Part shown: piece after piece, positions 38,865 through 52,539 of the stretch
Layout of the letters: every line of letters begins with the position of its first letter
How positions within the stretch are numbered: the first letter of the stretch is position 1
Source: Octopus vulgaris
Taxonomy: Eukaryota
DNA length: 64,000 nt
Assembly: GCA_951406725.2 (NCBI GenBank)
Contig: OX597822.1
Span: 85,870,001-85,934,000 of the forward strand
Direction of reading: 5' to 3'
The notes under the pieces: model-generated
The model's database searches: none
What the model was told of the DNA's origin: nothing
What the model saw: the letters and a program-made list of their open reading frames with translations, nothing else
Position numbers and translations under genes: made by a program

Positions 38865-39608
38865 GTAAACACTGTTTCTATTTTAAAGTTGTTCTTTTGT
38901 AGCCTTCAATTGAATCACACCAAGTTGTCTGAAAGATTTTTTTTAAAAATGGGATTTAAACACCTGATGATTGATGGTACTAGACCAGCCAACCATTGTA
39001 GGGTACTCTCAGAAAAGATCAGTTTCTGCAAACTCAATCATAGACCAATTTCAAATCATAAAGCAGCAACAAAACTGATAGAAAATAATTAAAGCAGTGC
39101 TCCAGCATGGTTGCAGTAACCATTCAAAGAATAAAAAGCTTCCTTTACATGTGTCTTAATATTTGTAACTGTAACAACCAATCGTTTCAATGGGAATTAG
39201 TGATGTTCATCAACGGAATGATGACAGAAGAACTGAGAGAAAAGGGAAAAAAAGGAAACTTTTTTTTTTAAATCTTAAATTGAGATTTAGTCAAAGAAGT
39301 CTTATATGTAGAAACACATAAATGTCATCAAATCTAGATTTGCTGCTTCCCAATTTGTGAAAGAGTTTTACTAATCTTTGAAGTAAAATGAAGTGTTTCA
39401 GGATAGAGTTGAAACCTGTAAACGATAAAATCTGCAAACTGAGGGTTCAATCCCTATTATGTCAATGCAATTAATTTGATCTCATGTTTCCTAAATGGGA
39501 AAAACTCAAACACAGAGAAAATCGCATAATTTTCTCTGTGAAGTCAGCTTTACATAGTTATTAATGACCTTGATTGATATAATTTCTGTTTTCTTTTTTT
39601 TTTTTTAG

Positions 39609-39785
39609 TTGAAAGATCCAGAATGGAAACCAGATTATGGTCCAGCAGCATTTGTAGAACGATGGGGTGCCACTGTGACTGGGGCACGCAAGTATCTAAT
39701 TGCATTCAATGTCAACCTGATTAGTACAAAGGAACAAGCACATAGGATTGCTCTGATGGTTAGAGAACAAGGACGGAAAGACAGG
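39609..39785 (+). CDS. FTCD: FTCD coding exon 5
   Basis: TAG|[59 protein letters not shown]|GTAAC; 177 nt. Confidence 0.96.
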
Positions 39786-40080
39786 GTAACACTCTTTTAT
39801 TTCCCATGCAGTCAACTTGTAAAAAGTTCCGCAATAAAAAGAGATTCAGTTTTCAAATGGTGATGGGGATGATATTCATGTTGTTTAACCCCAGGTCAAT
39901 CCAGATCAAGTAAATGTATGATCAACCTGTGGTGGGGTATCTAGGATAATATTATCTTATGTGTTTTCAAAATTTAAGAGAATAAGGTGGGATTTGAGGG
40001 AGATTTGACTGCTATTTCTAGCAATCATGTAAAAGTTTCTTTGTTAGTGTTGTTGTTGTGGGGATGAGGAGAAGGAGGAG

Positions 40081-40130
40081 GAGAAAAATAAAAGACATAA
40101 AAAAACTGCATTATTTATGGGATGACCCAA
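40081..40130 (+). mobile_element. Isolated mariner right end/TIR, same family as 1-327
   Basis: GAAAAATAAAAG..AAAAAACTGCATTATTTATGGGATGACCCAA-TA matches 281-329. Confidence 0.7.
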
Positions 40131-40459
40131 TATATATATATATATCATGTGTGTGTGTGTGTGTATGTATGTGTGTGTGTGTGTATGTATGTGTGTGTGT
40201 GTGTATATACATATAAATAAAAACAACAACCTTCTTGTTTTTTCTCATGAATCCTCATGTATCAGTGTCCTGATTTTCGAATAGAACAAACCATATACTT
40301 AGGACCTGAGGTTGTTTGGAGACATAAAACCCTGCCGAAACACATGTCTCCAAAGCATGAAACTAGCAATGCTCTTATTTTTATACGGTGTACATTAAAT
40401 TATATAAATAAATATTTATATATCTATGATGCTATCATGTTTTCCCAACATATTTTCAG

Positions 40460-40597
40460 CCTCATAGCCTGAAGAAGCTGCAAGGAATTGGATGGTATCT
40501 TCAGGAAAACAACTTGGCTCAAGTTTCCATGAATATCTTAGATTATGAAGTAACTTCGTTGCATACAGTTTTCGAAGAAGTGAAAAAGTGTGCAGAT
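40460..40597 (+). CDS. FTCD: FTCD coding exon 6
   Basis: CAG|[46 protein letters not shown]|GTAAGT; 138 nt. Not in the ORF track; read manually. Confidence 0.96.
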
Positions 40598-41014
40598 GTA
40601 AGTATATAACATCTATTTCTACATGTTTGCCTGCGTATATATATATATATATGAGTTGAAAAATTTGCTTCAATTCATGGACTTTTGAATACATGTGTAT
40701 ATGTGTAAATCTATGCACGTGTGTGTATGTGTAGATGGATGGTTGCATCAACTGCTTCTTTAAGAGATTATTGTTTTCATGTCTGCACATCGACACATGC
40801 TCTTGTCATTTACTGAACATCACAAAGACCTATAAAAATCTTATGCTTTTAACCAAGAGACAGAGACACCTTTTCAGTCCATTAAGACAAAGTATTGTGC
40901 TTTCTATTATAATCCAGCTTATTGATGTTGACAATTGCATTCTCTGTCAACCTGAAATAAAGAAAATGCACTGAGATAAGGAAGCATGATTTTGTTTTCT
41001 TTCTGCTTCTGAAG

Positions 41015-41066
<52 letters not shown>

Positions 41067-41646
41067 GTGTGTGTGCGCATGCGTGTGTGTGAACATGTGT
41101 CTGCTTTTAAGCGTGTTTTCAGTGAACATCATACAATTCCTTTTGATGCCTTCACTACACAGGATGTTCTACCTTTTTCTGATATTTTCCATTGAATGGA
41201 CAGGGTGTATATACATACACACACACACATGCGTATGTGCATACATACATGCACACCCACACACATACACAATACATATATTGTTTTGTTTATTTTGACA
41301 TAGGAAAGCATAAAAGTGTACACAGCAGACGACCAAAATATGTTGAGCTTAATCCATGCTCAGCATATATAAAAACAGGATTACTTAACTGAACCAAGGT
41401 TTTATCCAATCTGTCTTTGGGTCAAATTTATGCATCAGCCGAATATCATTTAAATTGCACTCAATGTAATTCTTCTCTCTTTCTCCCTCCTTCTCTCTCT
41501 CTCTCCTTCTTGTTCTGTACATCTGTCTGTCAGTCCATACATACGTCCATCCATAGCACTGCCTGCCTGTTTGTCCTGGTCCTTGTGTCTGTGCCCTTTT
41601 GAATATATTTATATCCTTTCTTATATATGATTATTTATGTTTTCAG

Positions 41647-41778
41647 GGGCTAAAGCTTCCTGTGGTTGGATCTCAGATTGTGGGGCTGATTCCACTCCAA
41701 GCAGTACTCTCGGCAGCTGAGTACTATATGAAAACAGAACAACTGTTTGTCTTGGATGAAGACCAGAAGGTTTCTTTG
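41647..41778 (+). CDS. FTCD: FTCD coding exon 7
   Basis: CAG|GLKLPVVGSQIVGLIPLQAVLSAAEYYMKTEQLFVLDEDQKVSL|GTAAGA; 132 nt. Confidence 0.96.
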
Positions 41779-41869
41779 GTAAGACATCAGAGTAAATGCT
41801 GTGTTTATTAAACATGACAGCTGGGTAGAATCACCCAGGAAAAGGACTGGTTTTGAAGTCAGTCAAGCA

Positions 41870-42350
41870 TTTGATCACATGAGTCAGCTAGTTTATCATT
41901 TCTTCACTCGATCAGACATTGTTTTAATCAGTCAATGAATGTATGATTGATTCAGTTCCTCAATTCTGTCAATCAGTGATTATCCAACACTTTTTCAATC
42001 TGTCATTTAGACATTATTTTAATCAGTCATGTTAGGAATTCTGTTGATTAATCTAGCTATCAGTCACTCGTTCTATCTGTTAGTCATGAAGATTAGTCAA
42101 CTGAATAACTCAATCAACTAACTCATCACATACTGTTTCTATAAATCTGTGAATTCATTAAAGAACAAATCAGTTAATCAATCACAAATCTAATTAATTG
42201 AATGGAGTCACTAGTCAATCTGTCAGTTAAACTATCAGTCAGATTAACATTTCAGACAGACAATTGATCAATCAATCAATCGATCACTTAATCAGTTAGT
42301 CAGCTGTTCAGTCATTTAGTGAATCAGTCAAACCAGCCAATGAAACAATT
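41870..42350. repeat. Degenerate (TCAG/TCAA)n low-complexity array
   Basis: Repeated tcagtcaatcaa-like tetramers. Confidence 0.7.
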
Positions 42351-43084
42351 TCTATCTATTTTATATTTCCTACACTCTTTATAAAACTTAGAGTCAATCA
42401 ATTGAGCAGGAGTCACCATACAAATGGATTCCCCTTGACTCCAGCCAGAAATATTATGTAAATATCCTAACACTATTTTCACTCTTTCAAAATTGATTCT
42501 AGTCTCACAGAAAACAATTCCAGATTTCTAAATTCTTTGTTCTTTGGATGATTTCAGTGATACTAAAAGGATTTTTTTTCTTTATAGACATGAAATAATT
42601 GTTACATCAGCTGAACAATTAAAATATCCTGTAAATGGTGGAATTAGTAAAACAGCCTGACTTTTTCCAGCCATTTCTGTCATTGACCTTTAGGAAACTG
42701 GCTGATTCTATCAGCTGACTCATTTAAACATGATTATATTTGGCGAGGGGCCTGATCCTTGAGAGTGAAACTGAGAAAAAGGGAATTACTTGGAAGGAAA
42801 TGTTATTCTAAGAACCAGCCTTGTCATACATTGTCTTATGTCGTTTCTGCCTGAGAATTAGGTTCAAGATACAAGTGACTGTGGAATACTCAACCACAAT
42901 ACACTAATCTGACAAACAGGTATTTCAATTCATTCAACGACTGGAGACTCCATCTTCTTAATTAATAGAGATACATTTATATTTTAAAATAGTATTATAT
43001 TCAGCATGCCCAGTTCTTAGAGCCCCCAGTATATTACTGGTGACAGCATTTCTAATTCTTTTGTTTATATCTATGTTTTACCAG

Positions 43085-43146
43085 GTGATCAACAGACTCG
43101 GCCTCAATTCACTCGGACCATTCAACCCAAAGGAAAAAATTATAGA
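43085..43146 (+). CDS. FTCD: FTCD coding exon 8
   Basis: CAG|VINRLGLNSLGPFNPKEKII(E)|GTAAGA; 62 nt. Confidence 0.95.
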
Positions 43147-45067
43147 GTAAGAGTTGATCTCATGTTCTTTCCTCAGTTTCATCATATCATAAATTGAATT
43201 GACCAATCTGAACTAACTTTATGGTACCTTAGTTATTGCTGCTGTTGTTATTTAGATTCATGGCAGTCCTGACTGATTAAAGACATTCCAGCTTTGACCA
43301 CCTTGTACTGTTGCATACAGAGGGATTACAGCTTCCAATGAGTACTTCATTTATAAAATGGTAGGATGTAATTTGAGGGAGATTTGGTTGCTATTTCTCA
43401 CAGGCTGAATGACTGACACTGATGTTCTACCAACTACACTCAAGGAAGCAAACCTCTCTGTCTTGCTTCCTTGAGTTGGTAACACATCAGCATCAGAATC
43501 ACAGACATGTAACTCTTTTTACTTGTTTTAATTGTAATTTATTCATTTAAACAATTTTATTAACAGAAAAAAACCCCATTTATTTTATTGATTCCTATAA
43601 ATATTTTATTGATCTGCACCAATTTTTTGCTTTTAAGTATTTATTCTAAAGAACTTCCATGCACCTGCTTGAACAGATCTTCAAAATGGTCATGGCATAC
43701 TGCAAGAAGAAAATGTCCAAATAATACTCAGAATTCATTTTAAATTAGAGAGACCCTATATTGGCAGTCCAGCCATGTAATCTCCATCAGAAACATCAAA
43801 ACCCTGACATTTTACAGGTCAAACGTTTCTACTCCTCTCTGCACCAAATTCACAAACAGCACATGTTTAACAGCCTTGCACTTCTCTAATTAATTAGTCA
43901 ATTAAGGAGTCACTTTATGGCTGTTTGCCCTGCAAGAAATAGATTTCAAATCACACCCAACCATCTTAGAATAATCTGATGCTTTGAATAATTAGATAAT
44001 CTGATGCTGGCTTACCTGCACATAAAAATGTGGGTTGATCATGGCTGAAATACCTTTGACCATAGGTCTGCTCAACCAGGGCTGACCTTGGGCTAAACAA
44101 CAACAGCAACATATAAGAGCCTAACCATCTCTAAAAGTGGTAACCAATAAGGGAGATTCTACCTGATTGTTTGACCTGCTTGAAATAGCTCCTAAATCTC
44201 TCAGATCATACCCTATCATCTGAAAAATAGGACACTTTGAACAACGTAGTCCTAGATATGCAAATAATGGAGAGGGGGTAACTTTGGAGTAAATAACAGC
44301 ATAGTAAGAATTTATAGTTTCTTTGGACCTGCCTTATTCAAGGTCAGAAAATAATTCCCCTCTCAATCTCACAACTGACCGTTATTCTATATTTAAGTTG
44401 ACCCTTCATAAGTGGACTGGTCAAGTATCTGTGATGGATGAGCTACATACTATTACATACACACATGGATCCATCAAAAAGGTCAAACATCTGAGAGGTC
44501 AACACTCTATAACCATTTTCCTAAAACTTAAGTGTGCTCTTTCTAAGTCACTATTGTAATGGTCTCCATTTCCTTTCCATCCAGTAGCCTACAGGAACAT
44601 AGACACCACCATTATAAGTATCAACCAATTATCTCTACCTCATTGTTTAATACATGTAAATTCCCTCAAAGATCCAAAGAGTTCTTTGAGGGTTAGTGCT
44701 TAGTTCTAATTTCACAATGTTATGGAAAGAGATAAATTTCCTGCTTTGTCAGGAAATCGGTCTCTTGTCTTGCAGAGTTATGTTACCTCTTCAAACCATT
44801 TGAACGAACTGATGTAATGCATAAAAAGGGAAAAAAGAAAAATGGAAGAAAGAAAAAAAGTTATGCCTCTAGCAGATCAATGGTTCCTAAAAAAACTGAT
44901 GGACTGCATTCCTCTTCCATAAGAGGAAATGATAAAAATAAAACTTCAGTTTCTACAGTTCTTGAATGTCTACATCTCATGTATTTTTGTAGCAGTTGAA
45001 CATTTTGAATATTTGTGTCATGTGATTCCTAAAATGTTGATGACAACAGATGACTTTATCATTTTAG

Positions 45068-45191
45068 GTTTATGCTAAAGGATGAGAGCAATCCCCTTCT
45101 GGACTTAAAACTGTCTTCATTTATAGAGAGTGTAGGGAGCAGAACTGCTGTGCCTGGTGGTGGATCAGTGGCAGCACTTTGTGCATCTCTG
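45068..45191 (+). CDS. FTCD: FTCD coding exon 9 (start of cyclodeaminase domain)
   Basis: TAG|(E)FMLKDESNPLLDLKLSSFIESVGSRTAVPGGGSVAALCASL|GTGAGA; contains the PGGGSVAA motif; 124 nt. Confidence 0.95.
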
Positions 45192-45642
45192 GTGAGAAAA
45201 AGACTCTTCTCTTGAATTTTACATTTTATTTTGTTCATTGTCCAGTTTATGGAAGTTTTTAAATTTTGGAGGGAACTTCTTGTAAGAAGCTGTTTTAATA
45301 CCGGCCATTAGCATATCGGAATATTTATGTCTCCAAACATAGGACAGAGAAGAATCATATCTTCCTTTATAACCTTAAATAATTGAAATACAGACTGGCA
45401 CCTTTATTTTTCTGGTCTCACAGTTTAAATAATATATTTTAGCTTTGTATATCCAATAAATTGGATTTTCCATCTCTTTGGACAAGAGTTGTCCTAACCA
45501 TTTAGTCCATTGTAATTAAATAATATGAAATTATATCAACCACCTAATTGATATTTCTTGTTCAAGATCTCTTTAAGATTTATCAGCTTTGACAATGCAT
45601 TTCCAAGTCTAAATCAACCAGTCAATCATTCAATAAGCTATG

Positions 45643-45679
<37 letters not shown>

Positions 45680-47232
45680 TGTCAATAAATTAATTTAATC
45701 AATCAGTCAATGAAATATCAACACAGAAAGCTGTTGTAGAGCCTGGAAAGACCTGATTAATGGGATTCTGGTAAAGCAGCCATTTATCTTTTTTCCAGTG
45801 ACAGCTGATGCAAATATTGTTGCAGACAAAGGAAGACAAAGAATCCTTATCTGAAGGCAATGCTCCAGCATGGTCTTGCCTACCATGGCTAAACAAAAAA
45901 ACTGAACAACATTAACAAACTCTATACATTTTAGATGGATATTTTAGAATATTTTAATTGTCTTTGTTTGAACTGGACATCAAAATTCTTTAAATGTTTT
46001 TCTCTTTTAATGGTTAAAATTTGTCTCTTTTAAGATGCAGTGTTGTGGAACTGTGTCATTTTGGTATTTCTTTATTCTTTCTCATTCAGCAATTGTACAG
46101 GATCTATATCAATAAATATATTCTATTTCTTTATCTGTAACACTAAAAACTTAGAAAACAACATAACCATTTTCTAGGGAATTTTACTCAAAGACTTATC
46201 AGTTCAGTTTCTGAAGGAAAGAAGCAGAGACACCAAACCAAAAATGGAGAGATAAATGGTTGTTGTGGTTAAGGAATAGTTTCAAAATTATTCCTTGTTT
46301 GTTTTATTGACAAAGAGCTTGGAAGCTGAGTGCTGAAAAGAGAAGAATGTTTGGCTAAATATGCTGCAGTATTTAGATTCATATCTCCCCATACTTGGTT
46401 CAAATCCAAACTGATGTCAGTTTTGCCTTACATTCCTCCAAGTTAATAATACTAAACATGTACAGGTGCAGGAGTGGCTGTGTGGTAAGTAGCTTGCTTA
46501 CCAACCATATGGTTCTGGGTTCAGGACCACTACATGACACCTTGGGCAAGTGTCTTCTATAATAGCCTTGGGCTGACCAAATCCATGTGAGTGAATTTGG
46601 TAGACGGAAACTGAAAGAAGCCCATCATATGTATATGTTTGTGTGTGTCCCCACCACCTTCACTTGACAACTGATGTTGGTGTGTTTATGTCCCCATAAC
46701 TTAGCGGTTTGGTAAAAGAGATTGATAGAATAAGTACAAGGCTTACAAAGAGTAAGTCTTGGAATCGATTTGTTCGACTAAAGGTGGTACTCCAGCATGG
46801 CCACAGCCAAATGACTGAAACAAATAAAAGAATAAAATAATACTAAACATGTATTTGTCATTGGCAAAAATGAGCAAGCCTGCGATAGACTAGCATCCCA
46901 TCCAGGGGTTTGGGGATATATGCATCACAAGAACCAGGAAACCAGCTCTATGAGTTTATATGACTTTGGAATAATCTTTATCCTTTATCTAATCCTAATT
47001 TATACATATTTTGTAGAAATTATACATTATTTGTGGCTTTGTGTCAGAAGAAATCGTAAATTAATCCAGGCTCTACACACAGACACCTTCATATTTGCAT
47101 ACGATTCGATCTGTGACACACAGCTTTTTCACTTTTTCACTTACTCTTCCCTATTCCTTGCTATCCTCTACTAAAAACTTCCAAAAGATTGTTAGCATTT
47201 ACACTGCAATGTCAGTTTCCAACATATTGCAG

Positions 47233-47394
47233 GGTGTCGGACTCTTCAAGATGGTTGGTTTATTGACTTATGGAAAGAAGCAATTTGATGAAGTGGATCC
47301 TATCATGAGGCGGTTAATTCCACAACTTCACGAGAAGATTCTGGAATTGAAGAAATACATTGATGCAGATTCTGCAGCTTTCAATAAATATATG
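47233..47394 (+). CDS. FTCD: FTCD coding exon 10
   Basis: CAG|GVGLFKMVGLLTYGKKQFDEVDPIMRRLIPQLHEKILELKKYIDADSAAFNKYM|GTGAGA; 162 nt. Confidence 0.96.
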
Positions 47395-47753
47395 GTGAGA
47401 CCTGAGTTGTTTACAATTTTATTATTATTTCATTTGTTTTTTTGTTCTTACTATATTGACAGGACCTCAAAAGGGTTCATATATTCTGTAACCTCCAATA
47501 AATGGCTGAGTTATACCTAAAGGGGTTTTTTAAGTAGTGTGTTAAAGAGTGAAAATTGGTAGAGTTTCTCTGCCTCTCCCTTACAGAATTAGGAATGACA
47601 CTTGAAGTGACATGGCTCAACTAAGAAGTGAACCTTGATTACAGAATCACTTTGTCAAGAATTTACCCCAACTAAATGGCATTCATATTTATAGAATGCT
47701 GTCACCATGTTTAAATTCACAAAAAAAAAAAACTATAACACAATGATGAAATA

Positions 47754-48117
47754 TTAGAAAATTACTATTTTTAAATCTCACAATGAGAGATATTTATAGT
47801 AAAAATTGCTTTCCAACATAACATGGCAGTCCTGGTTTAGGATGAATGTTGCTGTAATTTAGCCCCAGGAGACATCGTCTCCAGCTGGCTATACAACACG
47901 ATCTGTGTTCTTATATTTTCAAACAAGGGAATCTAGCACCCCCACTCAGCTCAAAACAACATCTGTGTATCAATATTGTTAGATTCCCTTGTTTGAAAAT
48001 ATAAGGACACAGATCATGCCATATAGCCAGCTGGAGACAATGTCTCCTGGGGCTAAATTACAACAACATTAGTCCTAAACCAGAACTGCCATGTTATGTT
48101 GGCAAACAATCTTTACT
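47754..48117. mobile_element. Fold-back insertion (~140-bp inverted arms) flanked by a 14-bp direct repeat
   Basis: Arms ~47797-47938 and ~47977-48118 are highly similar reverse complements. ACAATGATGAAATA occurs at 47740-47753 and 48118-48131. Confidence 0.8.
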
Positions 48118-49074
48118 ACAATGATGAAATAGCTGAACATATGATATATTTTATGATTCAAAGAATGTACATGATATGAAGTGGAGGTAAATTCCAGCTG
48201 AACCAAGTCTGGGATGGTCTGGGATGGTCTGGGATGGTTTCAATTCCAAGCTGAAGCCTTTATTTGTCATAAAGAAGTGGATTCTTCCACATTGGTTTGT
48301 CTTTGAAATGTTCATGGAAGATAGTATCAATGACAGAAATAACTCAAAGACAAATTAGAGGTTACATGGCATTTTGTTATCAAAGAACTGGTGTTCACTT
48401 CCAAACAAGTAAATTCTCATAAAGTATCAAATACTTGATGTGTTGATTAAGTAAATCAAACTGAGAAAGAGTGTCTGGTCACCCTTCTCACTCACTTCAG
48501 TCAGATATTAAAACACAAAACACAAAGTTACAACATCAAGAATTTTATTATCCTCAAACACTGTGAAGGGATGTTCAATACCAATCAACAATGAGGTGTT
48601 GTGGAACAGCAACTGTCACAGTCTGTGCAGGTCTTATAAGATCAGAAAAACAGACTAAATAATGGACAAAAAGCAAGATGCCAAGATTGGAGATTGTTGA
48701 AGTTGTCTCAGTGAAACAGCTGAGTGTTTGAGGTTGTAAAAGGGCCATTCATTTAGCAGACTGGAATAATGGGTCTATGAATCATATCACAACATTGGAC
48801 CGATAACCTATAAGTCATTAGTCTGCTTGATTGATGCTGACTTGGAATTAAACAGCATGAATTTATAATCCCTGGATGTCCAACAACAATGAGTCAGACA
48901 GGGAATTGATTGAATAATCAGTTTCTTGTGCAAAGTGAGCAATTATTTTGGTTTTTGGTGGAAAATTTATATTGAATTGTTGAAATGTTAAAATGTTGGG
49001 TAAAATGACTGGGAAATAAAACCTAGAACATCATATATTCATTCATTATCTCTTCTTATCTCTTTCTCTTTTAG

Positions 49075-49118
49075 GCAGCTCTGAAAATGCCAGAATCAAG
49101 TGAAAAAGAAAAAGAAAG
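49075..49118 (+). CDS. FTCD: FTCD coding exon 11
   Basis: Long pyrimidine tract, TAG|AALKMPESSEKEKE(S)|GTTTGT; 44 nt. Phase fits the neighbouring exons. Confidence 0.92.
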
Positions 49119-49145
49119 GTTTGTATTCACACACACATAATGTAA

Positions 49146-50008
49146 ATGACTGAGCCATGTGTTTTTAACACAGCATGTCTATATGAGATGTTATCCCAGG
49201 AAGAATACTATAGTATTTGGCCTATCAATGGTGTATATATATTAAGTATGATACACAGATGCCATACAGGATTAAAGGGAAACTCCTGGAACAACCTGGA
49301 CCTTACCTCAATGGGAGCAGACAATGCAAACTTTGCTTGGCTGAGAGGATAAGGATCCTAAAAAACTTTCTTGATCCGGTGGAGGGGGGCTTCTTAACCC
49401 CAAAGGTGAATTGTTTAGTTGGAGAGAAGATTCGTGTTGGGGACATGGAATTCCCCACTTACTGACTAGTCAATAGAAATCATACAAAAACTGATCTTTT
49501 GGGGGCACAACTAGAACCAGTCAAATGGAGATGACACCATCTCGCCCAGAAGGGGTTTCACTTCAAACAATTTCATTCCAAGGGATTTGTCACAACCTTA
49601 GCTGACCAAGACTGTATTCCAGCCTTCATTTGTAATGCAGATATGTGTCTCTGGCCAGTAGGTCTGATGACTAACTAGTATTACTAAGAGCATAAGAGGC
49701 ATGAAACCAATGGTAACTTTCTGACTAGCCATAACCTCACAGCATACCCAACCCAAGAGACATAACTCCTAACCTAATCACCTGGCCCTTTTTCGTTTCA
49801 CCACCTTTTCACAGCAACTGCAAACCAGTTGTGTTAAGTCACCTCCAACAATAGAAAGCAATCACCATATTCCCTTCCATATCGACTAACTCTGATGAGC
49901 GTAAGGTTATATAATTGGATTGTTACCTAACACTCTATTATATTCCTTGTACGAAACCGATTGGTATGATCAGCCATGATGGATATATAATGCTGTACAT
50001 TTTGGATA

Positions 50009-50010
<2 letters not shown>
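49146..50010 (+). mobile_element. Penelope-like element 3' remnant (GIY-YIG C-terminus + two degenerate hammerheads)
   Basis: GPYLNGSRQCKLCLAERIRIL is the PLE C..LC..EK motif. Hammerhead cores CTGATGA(49664)...GAAACCAATGGTA and CTGATGA(49892)...GAAACCGATTGGTA. Ends at (TA)n. Confidence 0.8.
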
Positions 50011-50039
<29 letters not shown>

Positions 50040-50470
50040 GGGAGTATAACTCCACACTTACAAGGAACAATTCAATTTAGTATTAAATCAAATTTCACAA
50101 TATAAATATATAAAATATAAAGTTTTTTTTACTTATTATATATTGATTATTCATTTTTATACTTTTTGTGATCTAGTTATATGTTTTATAAAAATATATT
50201 TCATTTGTTATTTATGATTTGGTATATGTGTATCACTGTTTGAATTGCACAATAGTGGCTTTATCTCTAATTTATATATATATATATGTCATCATCATCA
50301 TCATCATCACCATCATCATTGTCGTTTAATGTCTGCCTTCCATACCAACATGGGTAATGTTTGTGTGTGTGTGTGGCGTAATGTATATGTTTGACCAAGA
50401 AAGTGATGGAGAGATAGAGAGAATTCTTCATCTGTTTCACATCAACACCAATTCTATATTCCACAACCAG

Positions 50471-50609
50471 CAAAGAAAAAGCAAAAGAGGAGAGCCTTGC
50501 CAATGCCATTGGTGTTCCTATGAATCTGGCACGTATAATCAGTGAAGTGTGGCCCCTGCTCCAAGAGTTGTCTCTCTATGGAAACGTCAACTGCTTGTCT
50601 GACCTCCAG
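50471..50609 (+). CDS. FTCD: FTCD coding exon 12
   Basis: CAG|(S)KEKAKEESLANAIGVPMNLARIISEVWPLLQELSLYGNVNCLSDLQ|GTAAGT; 139 nt. Confidence 0.95.
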
Positions 50610-50915
50610 GTAAGTTTACCCTGGATTTAGCTTGCATTTCATCCTTATTCATACATGCATCCAATATAAAGCAAAGAGGCTTGTTACATGTGTGTCTGTT
50701 CTGGGTTCCAGTGTGGTCCGGAGAAGGTTTTTGACAGGTTATTTTTATTGTTGTTGTTTAATTCCAGATTAAATAAATTCTGGGATCAAATAATTCTTGC
50801 CTTATCCTCCCATTTTATATATTTCTCAGACATTCCATATCTCAGCCTCTGCTATCTAACATATATTAATAACAGAGACAGGATTAATGCCGAGAGATGA
50901 TATCTATCCCCACTC

Positions 50916-51412
50916 AAATATGGATGTTCTGTTAGATCAAACACTACTGCGGTCGGTAGATATGAAGAGAGAAGCTCTCATATTGGCTTTTGGTGCAGAA
51001 TGGACTCTTGCTTATATCACTAGCGGGGAGATAAATCCTTGCCATCTCCAGCATGGAGGCCACCAGATCCCGTGATTTCAACCTTCTTTGATCTTATCAA
51101 TGATGGACACTTGATTACTTGAGATAGCAGTGACTCATCTCTCTGCCAGTGATATATAGAAAAACAGTGCCAGAACAGGTGCAGCTATCCAGATTAGCCA
51201 CTGAACTTGTTAACAAAATATACATCAGTGACAGAGGCAGTATTAACACCAAACATCCATCATTAAAGAAGCCAAGGAAGGTTGAAATCACATGATCTGG
51301 TGATCCCACTAGTGATATAAATGAGTGTGTTTTGAACCAAAAATGAATATAAGAGGTTTTTTTTCGTGGTATCTCCCACTGTATACTTTGTTCAAACAGA
51401 ACACCCATATTT
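50916..51412. repeat. Old ~500-bp fold-back element (degenerate inverted arms ~190 bp)
   Basis: AAATATGGATGTTCTGTT/AACAGAACACCCATATTT termini. CACCAGATCCCGTGATTTCAACCTTC (51061) vs GAAGGTTGAAATCACATGATCTGGTG (~51277). TTATATCACTAG/CTAGTGATATAA. Confidence 0.75.
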
Positions 51413-51957
51413 AAATCATCACCATCATCATCATCGTTTATTGTCTGCTTTCCATGCTGGCATGGGTTGAACAGTTTAACTGAGGACTGACTAAGTAAAC
51501 CTGTTTCCTAGCTTCCCTTCTGGTGATTTGATACTCTCACTATCAGAAAGGCAAAGAACCAACGATCGCCCTGTTGGGTATCTTTAACCAATGATGATGG
51601 TGTTAATAAAATCCACTGCATACTAACATGTCACATCTCTGAAAAATACTCATGCATTTCCTTTCAACCTAAATTATGTCTCTTCTTACAAATGTTCCTT
51701 ATTTCTAGAAGCTGAGACACGCCACTCAATGAATTAACTAATTATTCAAAAACTTGATCACTCTTTTTACATTTTATTAATTGAAAACAGAACTATATTG
51801 AATTTTAAATGTTTTTATTTTACTTTATAATTAACTTTTTAATGACTATAGGAAATTAAAATGTGTGTATACAGATATGGAAAACTGTTGTTGTCTTTTT
51901 ATTTATCCTATTCTTTGTTAAATGTTCTTAGATTCTTATTCCATTTTCTATTTCCAG

Positions 51958-52053
51958 ACAGGTATTAGAATGCTGGAAGCTGCCACGTGGGGAGCCAACT
52001 ACAATATCAAGATCAACCTTAAAAATATCACAGATACAGACAAACAAACCAAG
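51958..52053 (+). CDS. FTCD: FTCD coding exon 13
   Basis: CAG|TGIRMLEAATWGANYNIKINLKNITDTDKQTK|GTCAGT; 96 nt. Confidence 0.94.
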
Positions 52054-52206
52054 GTCAGTTGAAAACCTCCAGACAACATTTTTATCTCAGCTTCCTTTAG
52101 TTTTGAACTATATATATATGACTTATATAACAATTATATAATATAAATATTTATATAAAAATTCCATATGATCAATGCTAAAATGTTTTCTTCCATTTTT
52201 TTCCAG

Positions 52207-52287
52207 ATCCTTGAAGAGATTGATGGTTACCAAAAATTAGCAGAACAAGAAACAATCAAAATACTTAGTCTGATGGAAAATAAATAG
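52207..52287 (+). CDS. FTCD: FTCD coding exon 14 (last, stop TAG)
   Basis: CAG|ILEEIDGYQKLAEQETIKILSLMENK*. Completes a 1620-nt CDS of 539 aa, close to the ~541 aa of vertebrate FTCD. Confidence 0.9.
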   Translation: MLEEIDGYQKLAEQETIKILSLMENK

Positions 52288-52539
52288 TTTTACAATTCTT
52301 TATTTAAATAGGAATTGGTATCTTTATGTCAGATTATAAATTAGAATATTTTGAAGGTCAACTCAACTGGAAATACTCAAGGAGGTTATAACATGAAAAA
52401 AATATTGAAAATGGAAAAAGCAAACAGTATTCTGAGGGTCAGACTTGCAGCAAATTGAGCTGGCAACAGAGTTAAGTTCATTCTTGAAGCCAATTCCTTT
52501 CACTCAAACCATTTTTAGTTATTCTGGAGAACATTCTTT

